In this document: in pieces, positions 26,035 through 38,400 of the stretch
How positions within the stretch are numbered: the stretch's first letter is position 1
Layout: the number at the start of each line of letters is the position of its first letter
Assembly: GCF_037042905.1 (NCBI RefSeq)
Contig: NC_087245.1
Coordinates: 29,514,001 to 29,574,000, forward strand
Origin: Lytechinus pictus
Lineage: Eukaryota
Reading direction: 5' to 3'
DNA: 60,000 bases
Notes under the pieces: model-generated
The model's input: only the letters and a program-made list of their open reading frames with translations
Databases searched by the model: none
What the model was told of the DNA's origin: nothing
Translations under genes and position numbers: made by a program

Positions 26035-29000
26035 CTGTTGTTGTTGTTGTTGCAACATCCTTTGCTGCTGCTGCTGCTGCTGTGCTTGCTGTTGTTGAAG
26101 CATCTGTTGTTGCCTTTGTTGTTGCAAGTTCCACATCTGCATGAGGAGAGCAATGTAAAATAAAACGATTCAGAAACTTGACTCATCTGCAGATGCTTGA
26201 AGTTGCATACACACGGCTACACTCCCTATTCTACACAGACAGAAAATGTTTATGCGCACACTCGTATCATTTTAGCCATTTTATGATCTGAGCCACTGGA
26301 ACTATGCCTGGGATTATCATCTGGGGCCCGTTTCATGAAGAGTTACAACTGTTGTAACTTTGCCATTATGGCAACTACCATGGTAACCTTGATTTTGACT
26401 GGCTGCTGAGCCCTGTTGCCATGGTAGTTGCCATAATGGTAAAGTTACAACAGTTGTAACTCTTTATGAAACAGGCCCCTGATAACATATCAGAGCTCTT
26501 TCGTATTGTTTCTGTATTTGATTTTGCTCTCTGTTAAATCTTGCAATGGCTTTTGATAAAAGCAAGAAGAAGAAAAATTTGAGCAAGTCTTTAATGTTTT
26601 GCAACTCATTTCTCTTCAAATCCACACAGATGCTTTCTTCCTTGATAAGTATTCTCATGCACAGTTTTTTTTCTGATGGAGAGGAGTATATTTTACTAGT
26701 TGAGTTCCAATTACAAAACTGAAATTCATAGATTTAATCATTGATAAACATAATTTTCATTCATAATTTTGAAATGAAGCATTGATAATGGAATCTTTTC
26801 CAATATAGCTCATTAAATGTATCCACTGGGTTAAAACTTAAGTTTTGCCAGAATGAGCCATCACAGAACATAAACTTCCAAACATGAACTATATTTGATA
26901 TTACTCTAGGATTAATGTCAATAACATATTTCTACTATGCAATCTGTTCTCTCATGATTTTTGTTGTTGTAATATCTATGTGTAAAGGCATCACTAATGG
27001 ACCTTCAGCAAGAGGCCATTATGACTTCCAAATTACCATCTCTATCAAACTAACCTGTTGCTGTTGTGGCTGCTGGGGCTGCATCATCTGATGCTGCTTC
27101 TTGTTCTGCTTGAGCATCAGTGCAGCTCTTAATTGTCTTTGCCTGGATGGAAACATCCCAGGTCCTTGCATAGCACCACCTGGCCCACCCATGCCCTGCC
27201 CCATGGCATGCTGCTGCTGGCCTTGCTGCGGCGGCATTCCATACCCTTGCCCCATGTGCGGAATGTTTGTCGGTGTTGGGTACCTTGGTCCTTGACCCTG
27301 CGGCCCACCCATCATCATCCCTGGCATGTTCTGGCCAGGCATTCCCATTTGATGCTGCTGCTGTTGTTGCTGCTGTTGTGACATGCCCGGCTGTTGCTGC
27401 TGAGACTGATACCCTGGCATGCCCGGGTTGCTGCCACCCATCCCTGACTGGAAGTTCCCTTGTGGCATGCCTGGACGGGGTACACCTGGCTGAGTCAACA
27501 GATCTGTGATAGGTGACACCCTGGTATCCACGTTGCCTCCTGGAGTCTGACCTTGTGAACCTGGTGTTCCATGCCGATTTGGAAGCTGGGTAGGTCCCTG
27601 CTGCTGTTGCTGCGGTTGTTGTGGCATTCCTCCAGCTGAGTCTGTAGAGCCTGTACCTCCATTGTTCAGACCGAAGGCACTCTCTATCTCTGGCAGCGGA
27701 ATGTTGCTGCTCTTCAAGAACTGCTCAAACTGTTCAAGGAGCTTGACATCATCTTCGGACATGGGTTGCTCTGGTGTTGAATTCTGTGAGAAATATCAGC
27801 ATAAAATCAACACCATAGTAAAAATTAATGTAAAATCAAAATATTCATATAAAATCATTCATATAAGAGAATGTAGGTACATAAAAACAGAGCAGGAAAA
27901 CAATTCAAGAAACTCATACTTTTTTCACGGATGACAATCAGTGTAAAAAAGATATTGAAAATAATATACAATAATACATTTCTAAATCTTTACAAATCAC
28001 TAACTGCTTTATAATTAACAGCATCCATCATTGTTTCAGTTTCCTCTAATTGTTAAAAAGAGCTTAACTAGAAAAGACCTCCAAATACTACCAAGTGTGC
28101 ATGAGTACTTTCCATATTGAAATACATATAAAGAGATTCACTTACAGCTTGTTGCTGGGAATTTTGTGATTGCTGCTGCTGTTGTTGCTGTTGACCTCTC
28201 AACATCTGTTGCGCCGCCATGCTCTGAGCAGCTGTCATCCCACTATCTACTGGTGCAGTCTGGTTAGGAGGAGCCATCATGTTGTTCATTGACTTGGGCA
28301 CCTGAGATTGAGGGCCCCCAGATTGGTTGTTCCTTTGATTAGGTCTACCACCCTGACCAGGCATGCCACCCAGCATGCCCTGCTGCTGTTGACCAGTCAT
28401 CTGAGGGGGCATGCCAGAGCCACTCGATGACATCTGGTTGCTTTTGCCATCCTTGGTTTGGAACGGTGGTCCAGAGCCACCATGCAGATTGGGCTTCACT
28501 TGCAATTCATTTCCTGTGAGAGTGTCATTACCAGAGTTTTCTATTTCTCTCAAGAGATCATTCATGGCACTATGCTTGTTGGGGTCATTGTCTTCAAGGG
28601 TCTCAAAGGCTTGGATCAACTGCTTCATGATAGCATCAGGATCTTCCAAACCATCCCCAATATCGCCTCCAACACCGAGACCTAGGCCACCATCCTGTGA
28701 TGAGGGCATGTGGGGTTTGGTCGTCGTTACCGTCGGGCTTGTCGTGGAGTCCTGCGAACTCTTCCCTTCATCGTCGCCTTTCATGCCCTTCACAATGTTA
28801 TTCACAGAGGAATCATCATCCATAAGGAGCTGTTGTAATAACACATACTGCCCTTTCTTTTTCTTCTGTTGGTTGGTAGCATTACCACCATTACTGCCGT
28901 TTCCTCCATTACCACTACTGCTGGTACACTGTCCATTGTTGTTTGACTCTGGCTCTGCATCGCCTTTCTTCCATATCGTCGTTGTGGAAACCACTGTACT

Positions 29001-32000
29001 ACTTACAAACTCTGGCTGCTCTTTGGGCAAGAGTCCCGTGCCAAACATCACCTTCTTGTTTCCTTCCAACAACCCTCCAAGGATCTTTGGGGTCTTCTTA
29101 TTTTGTGAACCATCTTCATCGCCTTCTTGACCTTTGGGTTTCTGAACTGGCACCTTGACAGCCTTCTCCATCATGTTGCGTAGGGAATTGTTGTCCAGGA
29201 CTTCATCGTTCTCTGGGAAGCGCTTGACATTCTTCTGCGAGCCAGGAGTTGATGATCTGTTTTTGCTACTGTCAGGATCACCCTGGGTTTCTGTGAGGGG
29301 AATGGTTTGGTAAATAATGTGAGTATCTGTCCATTTTAATGTTAATATAAAATAAAATAGAATGAAATGAACCAACAAGCTGACTTCATAAGTATGTCTT
29401 AATACTCAGATATTGACCGAAGAAGAACTATTGTATCAACAGTTGATCTCTAAATTCAACATCTGACCACTATGATGAAGGACTTTCCACTCTTGATTCA
29501 GACACATCTAATAAAGCTCAATGGTCCCGTTTCATAAAGCTCTTTGTAAGTTATGCTATACATTGAACTATAACTATACATTAACCCTATCTTAACTGGG
29601 CTATTTCGGACCAGTATATACTGGGGGGGGGGGGGTCAATTTGACCCCTCCCCCCTCAGATCTTGGCTGCTGATTGCGCAATCGCCGCAAAAATTTGCAA
29701 ACTACAAGAGTGTATAGTGAAATTTTCAAATTTTTTTTTATTTTTATTTTTTATTAATTATGCAAATAAGCATATGAAATTTGCCATAAATTTGGTTTTT
29801 TGTGTATGTATTTGCCTTTAACTCAATTTATATAGCTAGTAGAATGCTAATTTTTGGTGGGAGTATCAATTATTACATTTCTAACAAATATCTACCAAAA
29901 AATAGCAAAAATATAATTAATTTCTTATGTATTTTATTGTTTTTTAAATTCTTATGTATTTCTTTGTATTTTCAAACCTTTGTTTTTTATTGTTTTTCCC
30001 GATAAACTTTGTCGAGGACCCTTTTGAGATCATATATAGCATAAAATAAATCCATTTAAACCAACAAAACTAAAAATAATCATACATTTATGATTTTTGG
30101 TCGAAAAACACAATTTGCATTGACTTTTTACATGGAATCACGTTTTTGAGCAATTTCTGGTCTGACATGCACTTACAAAACGTTGCGTAATTTTGGAACT
30201 GCGTACCCGGGCGTCGCAAATTTGGTCTCAAAAGATGCGCAAGACTTAAAAGTAAAAAGTCAGAGAGCGGCGCAGTCAAAAAAATTTGTGCGACGGCGTA
30301 GTGACAAAATTTGTTGAGGGGTGTCAATTTGACCCCCCCCCCCCAGTTTAATAAGGCTTAAGCTATAATCACAGCTCTGTGCGTGAACAAAATATGTTCT
30401 TAAGTGCATAGTAAAGTTCCGTATCATTTTTATTCCAATAAACTAAGTTGAAATATGATCTTGCAGATTAATATTCTTGTTGTTAGCAAGTATATATAAA
30501 TGCAAGTCTGTCAAAATTTGAAATTCAGTCCCAGTTTGGAACACAATCAAAACTCTATGATTTCTCCCTTAGACAAGAACATGTTCCAGACATGCATAAC
30601 TTACAAACAACGTGATGGCTCTTCCCCCCCCCCCTTACCCAGCAACTGCATGATCCATTGAAATAGACAATATCAAGTAAAATCATCATGACAGTCTCGT
30701 TTTCATCGGAACTCCCTTTTTCTGAGGGGAGGAGGTATAACTAAAAGCCGTTGCACATGATAAGGTAATGATTACATGTACATGGCACAACTTACCATCT
30801 TTTTCTTTGAGGAGATCTTGCAACAAGTTATCATCCTTGCTGTCTCCATCTTTTTCATTGGTATCAGGGCTTGGGTTCAAGCTTCCGGAATCATCCAGTC
30901 TGTTATTCCCTTGATTCCCTCTTGATGGCCCACTATTGTTCATCATCTTGTACATATTCCCTTGATTATTTTCTGGCAAGAACACGTCATCTGTATTATC
31001 CTGGTTGCCTCGAAGGCTCCCCGTGGTAGCAGTGGCTGCTGGTGGCATCTTGTTGCGTTTGGTCATGTCACCGGGACCGCCGTTGGTGCCGGGGGTGCCA
31101 GCACCTCCACCGCTACCACCACCTGCAACTCCGCGATTGAACATCATGTTGGGGTTTGTCCCCCCAGACATGCCTCGGTTATAGAGTGCATTGTCCCCCA
31201 TGACCGGGCCCATCCCAGACATTTGATTTGAGTTGTAATTCATGTTTCCACTGAGCATGCTTCCCGCAGTTCCTCCTGCCCCACCTTGTCCACCATTCAT
31301 GGCCATGTTGCCCCTTCCCATCATGTTTACACCAGGGTTCAGGACACCGCCATTACCAGCAACTCCGCCCACTCCTCCTCCTCCTCCTACACCTCCAGCT
31401 CCACAAACAGGTCCGGCTGGACCCCCACCACCAGCAACGACCCCAACGGCACCTCCACCACTGCCGTTCCACATGCCGGCCTGGGACTGCTGCTGCTGGT
31501 GTTGCTGTTGCTTTTGCTGCACTAAGTTTTTGAGTTGCATTATTTTCTGATGAGACATCCCTTGTCTCTGATTGGAAAACACTTTCAACAACTGCTCCGT
31601 CTTCATGTTCGACATGTTGTTCATATTTGTTGGGTGTGGTGCAGGGTTGACATTCGTTGAAGGTAATGAAGTCACTGGCGTGTTACGGTTCGGATCCATA
31701 TCTCTGTACACCAAAAAAGACGTAAGTAAAATGCATATCAGATGTGTCGTCTATCATCATCATCATCATTAAAATTATCATCAAAATCATTATCATCAAA
31801 ATCATTATCATCAAACTTATTATCAATATTGTTGTTATTATTATTATCATTACTATCATCATCATCATCATCATCTTGCATCTATTGAAGCTTTTAGGAA
31901 ACATCTCTTGGTTTCGACAGAAGAAAAATAGAAAGATCTTACGAAACCCCACAAGACCCTGGAACCAATCACAGAACTCACCTCATGACAGTGTGGACAC

Positions 32001-35000
32001 AGACGACATATTCCAGCTGACCGGAATGATGGTGTGTGGTGTAGAATGATGTCTGAATATTCACCCAGTTGTCTTTGGACAGCTGAAATTTGTACATGGG
32101 CATCAGGCTTTTACCTTTCTCCATAGCTTCAAAAAGAATAAAATAATGAAGGATTATCCATCAATTTACCTTACCTAACACTGTTTATGGATTGAGGAAA
32201 AGATGCAGTAGTGAGTTCACCACTTCCAATACACTGAATATTCCACCTATAACACACTTGATTGATTGTAAGTAAATCTGAGGTCCCTAAATCAATCTTT
32301 TAGTGATCACCTGATGTTCTTTTTTTTTAAGAAAAGACAATAATATTGATTAGTTTATGGCTGAATTTGATTGATCGATTACCAATATATCAATTACAAC
32401 TGATATTTCCAAAAATTACAAATAAGGGTGGAATATCAATATGAATGCTTTCCTGCTTGCCATTGAATTGAACTAAATATGAAGAAAGGGAGTCTAAGGT
32501 ATCCTTACGACTTGATTCCCAAAATTTGTCAACAGTTGAAAAAAAATGATGAAGTTAGAATTGCCAGAGTGAAAATATGATTTCACATCAAACATTCAAA
32601 GATTACTTGGAGGCATTTCATGAAAGGCCTTGTCTGATGTTTTATCTGACAGATACTATAGCAACAGTGTTCCTCAGCCAATCAAAATCATGGAAAGATG
32701 CCAGATCTCACCATCAGACCACAACAAATGTTGATGAAAATCTTTCCATGCCCTTTTCACCAAAGACTTGCTTTACAGTTTATTGACCTCACTCACTCAC
32801 CTTCATCGATACGGTTCTTGAGTTCCGTTCTTGAGCTTGCGTGGCAGTACTTGAAGATGGTCTGTTGCAGCATCTCCTCCTGCGAGAACGAAAGACCTTT
32901 GACCCTTGACAGGTCGACCGACTGTATCACATACTCCCGACTCAGCTTTGTGGTGAACTCCTCCATGGCGTCGGATATCGAGTTGTGCTCCTCCGGCAAC
33001 GCCCGCCTTGCGATGCAGAATAGGTGAACTGTACCCTCTTCAGAAACACCAAGTAAAAAGCAAAAGTCAAAGAAAAATCCATAAGCACCAAGTGAGCACC
33101 AATACATAAGAACACTAGTCTGCAGACACAGACGCTGATTGAAACTTTGATCAACAAGTGGATCTTCACACAAAGACTAGCACAATTACAACCTGTTTCA
33201 ATTTTAGAATGAGAGGGGACTTTTGTACACAATTGGCAGGGAGTTTTAGGGTATAGATATTCAGACCTTTTGTAAATGTATGGGACTACACTCAAATCAA
33301 CAGCTGAACAGTTTCAGCTGTTATCAGTAACAGGGAAATCAAAAAGCGAGTCTTTGCACTGGACCATTTTTTGTCATTACATTTTTCCTAAATATACCGA
33401 AAAAGAATTTCATTCTCTTAGCTCACGATGATTATTTTAATTTTTCCCTAAACTTTCAATCATCCTCAAAAGATGAAAACTGTTGACAACAAATCGAGGT
33501 CCAAACTTCGTTTCAAGCAATACCTGCATCACTATTTGAGGAGTTGCTCTCTTTGTTGATGGCCGGTTTCAAGATGGCAGTGCACATCATGGTATCGTAA
33601 CGCTCTGCCCCCAGCGATTCATCATTCTCCGGTTTCACCTGCATGCGGCACTTGAAAGAGCGATTACGGCCACACTGGGGAGCGTTGCCTGCATCCGGAG
33701 CCCAGATGCTTGAAGTTGCTGCAAGCAAAGACAAGAAAATTCACAAAAAGTTTCACAACAGTTCTAGAATTATGAGTAACATTTATGAATCACATATGAA
33801 ACACCCAAACCCCTGAAAAATATAGAAAGAAGGAAATAAAATGAGAATTAATAGTAATAATAATCAATATCAATTATTGTCTGAAATTCCTCATGTCCGA
33901 TGATTTAATATTTTGAGAGTATTTACGAATTACATATAAAACTATTGACTTAATACAAAAAAATATTATAACAAGTGGAATGCCTCTGGCCGTCTCACCT
34001 GCATCACGCGATTCAATATAGCAGCAGTGCTGATTTTGAAAACTACTATAACTCGCACAAGATGTTCAGTGATACTTGGTTACTCTTATTTCCACGTTTT
34101 ATGAACTAGACCAATACACTTATAGAGATATGATGGCAATTCAACAAATACCCCCAACGTGGTCAAAGTTCTTTGACCTTACATGACCTTTTACCTTGAT
34201 CATGTGACCTGAAACTCACACAGGATGTTCAGTGATACTTGATTACTATTATGTCCAAGTTTTATGAACTAGACCAACACACTTTCAAATTTATGGCTGT
34301 AATTCAACAAATACCCCAATTTGGCCAAAGTTCATTGACCCTAAATGACCTTTGACCTTGATCATGTGACCTGAAACTTGCACAGGATGTTCAGTAATAC
34401 TTGATTACTATTATGTCCAAGTTTCATGAATCAGATCCATAAACTTTCAAAGTTTTGATGGTAATTCAACAGATACCCCCAATTCGGCCAAAGTTCATTG
34501 ACCCTAAATGACCTTTGACCTTGGTCATGTGATGTGAAACTCATGCAGGATGTTCAGTGATACTTGATTAACCTTATGTATAAGTTTCATGAACTAGGTC
34601 CATATATTTTCTAAGTTATGATGACATTTCAAAAACTTAACCTTAGGTTAAGATTTTGATGTTGATTCCCCCAACATGGTCTAAGTTCATTGACCCTAAA
34701 TGACCTTTGACCTTGGTCATGTGACATGAAACTCAGGCAGGATGTTCAGTAATACTTGATTAACCTTATGGCCAAGTTTCATGAACTAGGTCCATATACT
34801 TTCTAAGTTATGCTGTCATTTCAAAAACTTAACCTCAGGTTAAGATTTGGTGTTGACGCCGCCGCCGCCGTCGCCGTCGGAAAAGCGGCGCCTATTAGTC
34901 TCACTCTGCTATGCAGGTGAGACAATAAAATGCTTTGCTGTCAGGAAAATCCTCTCATCCAGACATGAGCATTGTTTTATACCTGGTCACATTTACTCTT

Positions 35001-35417
35001 TGCATGGATGAAGCAAGATTACATGTGATGCAAAAAGAACAACAGGGACCCATGTCATAAAACTTGTTATAAAAACAAAGTTACAGTTATCGTTAAAAAC
35101 TACTGAAATCCTTCAATCTGACTGGCTGCTTACAGTTGTGCTCAAAAGTTAGTGAACCCCTTCACAAAATGCACTCCTTCATGCCGAGTGTTAAATGTGA
35201 ATAACATCATTAGTATGTTCTGTGAGCCCATAGAAACAAACTTGATTTAATGTAACATTTTATCACCTGAAATCACAATCAAATCTCTAAAACTTGGCAG
35301 AACTTGAAGACTCTAAAACACGTTCATTTTTTAATGGGGTTCACTAACTTTTGAGCACCACGGTAGGTTGATTTGGACACCTTTTTTTATTGGTGTTTAT
35401 ATATATATATATATATA

Positions 35418-35454
<37 letters not shown>

Positions 35455-38400
35455 AATGTTACTTGGGTAGTATCTGTGACGGAGTGTGTGCTCTAAAAAT
35501 CCACATTGTACTTTCCTACTATCTGGCCCTCTTTCATTGATACCTTTTTCTTTTTCATTTAACATGCTTGTCTCTTTCCACATACTGTACGTCATTCCAT
35601 TTAGTCAAGTATATCTTAATATTCAGCTTTCTTATGTAACGTAAATTATGTGTTAAGTCTTATGCATTGTAACTTGTGACTTGTACCTGTTCAATCAATA
35701 TATTATATACATGTATTATCACCCTGCCTATTGCCAGTGAAGGGGAGTTTGTCCCATCATCACTGGCAGAGGACCTGGGTTTATTGTACCTTCTCTATTT
35801 CATTATGAAATAAAGATGATTATATATATAATCGTTGGTATTATTATTTTCATCAAAGGATGCCCTACATAGCACCATGGGACTTAATCCAAATCCAGTT
35901 AGGATTAATGAAGAAGTAATGATCTAACCTGTACTGGTGGATGGGTGCAGGCACTTAGTAAAGGGATTATGGTCTCCAACATGAACATAGCTATAGATTG
36001 ACGTTCCTATTAGATCCTCCTGTACACAAGATAAAATAGAAAAGGAAGAAAAGAATGAAGAGAAAATGCATTTTATTTAATGAATGTGGAGCGTTGCGGC
36101 CAGTGATTTAGTCTCTGGACTTTGGTACAGAGGGGAATGGGTTCAGGTCCCAGGCATGGCATGGCTTCCTTTAGCAAGAAATTGATCCACTTTGAGCTGC
36201 ACTCAACCCAGGTGAGATAAATGGGTACCTGGTAGGGATCAATTCCTTCATATGCTAGTGCACCGAAAAAAATACCAGGCTAGTAAAACTCAGGATAATA
36301 TCATAAAATTCCTTCAGCACATAGAGCTGTTAATTCATAAAGTGATCATAGGCATTATACAAAAAAAATGATTATTAGTGTGGTTATTCATGAACAGAGG
36401 TATCATTAACATTTTTAATTCAAGTTCCAATAAATGATGAAACTGACAAAACAAGAAGCTGCAACATTTTGAATGTTGACGACATGAACTTATTCATACT
36501 TCTTCAAAAAATGACACTTCATTTTTCCTCATAAATGTAACTCTATATTTGCTCATTTTGCAAGGTGATGTCAGTGAGAGTGCCTGCATGAAGGTTTAGG
36601 GTTTCATGACCTGCCACTCATTTAACATGACACGGTATACACAAGCAGGCACTCAAGTCCACAGTTGATACAATTACTACATACTCCATGTACATGTAGA
36701 GTTGACAAGAAAAGGGTGTGTTTACCATATTGCACGAGATCGAGAGAGAGCATTATATTCAAAGAACTACATTAATGAATTATGGTAATAAAAGTCGAAA
36801 ATATAGTTGATAGTTTTTTTTTTTAATGGATGAAAAATTAGGTTAAACCGTATTGATTGAAAGAGATCACAATATTCAAAGAGAGCTACATGTACATGAA
36901 ATAAATGATAGAAATGTATTTGCTATTAAACTACATATATATAGTGACTTGTTTACATAGCTTATGTGTACAAAAAAAAATATCTTTATCATCATATCAT
37001 ATATTTCGATCTTTCTGTCTTGTGTATCCTTTCACACACAAAAAAAAACTGCAAAGTTGCAGTTCATTATTACAACTTCACATCATCACCCCCATTGCTT
37101 TTCAAACAAATAGGAGGACATTGGGGAAGATTTGCTTCATCATTTTTTAGTTGTATTTTAACCCAATGATTTCTGCAACAGTCCTGTGATATGAAAGATG
37201 AAATGCCATTTATAGCTTAACACTGCATTTTTTTAAAGTGTAAAAAAAGGGCCCATTTCATTAACAAATTCATGTAATGTATATGTACATGTAGGTCTAA
37301 AACATGTAGGCAATATGTGAATGTGTTACAGATCACATGTGGCGTTATTGTAAGTCTATTATAGTCTCCATCGGTGATCCTGAAAAACACTTTGAAAGTC
37401 ACACTTAACAGTAAAACAAGATACACAATGGCATGTTTCCCAACAATAGTTTAAAATGTCACTATCGTGTCAATATCATACAGAGATAAAACTCCATGTT
37501 GGATGTTATCTCCAGACATATACATGTAATCACAACCTTTATGAGATATCCCATGGCAGAAGTTTAAAGATAATGCGATATAATGCTATTAAAGGAGAAT
37601 TAAACCCTTGGAGCTAGAATAGCTTGTATAAAAATAGAAAAATCAAAGAAACACATCTATGATAGTGTGAACAAAAATTGGAATAAGAAAGTTAAGAGCA
37701 TTGGAATGTTGAGATTACTATTATGCTAGGAAGATTCTACCCCCCCCCCCCCCACTAATATTTGTAATATCATAGAAGTACAAATCTCACCTTTGTACAC
37801 AAACATATGCCCCAAAACCTCCAAAAAATTTGAGCTCATGCTTAACTCTTTGTCCATGACATATTTTATGAAACCTCTATTACAAGTCCTCCCATGAAAA
37901 AAAACCCCTGATCTATGGATAGACTTGACAAAAATGAAAATGTAAGTAAAATATGTAAAAAAGAGTACTTGGAGAATTTGTACATCTGTGACCTCTCACA
38001 TGTTTGTAACATATATGTACTGTACATGTACATGTAGCTAATGAATTGGAGGATGTTCACATCATTAGTGATCTTAACATTCTTATTAACTTTCTTATTA
38101 TTTGTTCAATTTTTCTAAACCTTCTACTGATTTGTTTCTTTGATTGTTCTCTTTTCATGCAAGCTAACTTGTTCCCATGGTGCCATTCTCCTTTAATTTA
38201 ATACGGATTAATGTATGCAGGGCACAAATATCATGCTCAAAGATGATTGTTAAGCAGCCATTGAAGTACTCGTCAATTGTAATTCACATGTTCACGTACA
38301 TGTACCTGCATGTTCAAAGGATCGAGTCAAAGGTGAATGAGATATCATTATCATTCAATCTCACTGCTATCCTAACTCACGCACTCAAACACGTTTTGGG

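Noticed and set aside
24025..31772. Long + strand and alternative-frame ORFs, including 239 aa at 28411 and poly-Leu at 25960
   Set aside because: By-products of GC-rich low-complexity NCOA exons and CAG/CTG repeats
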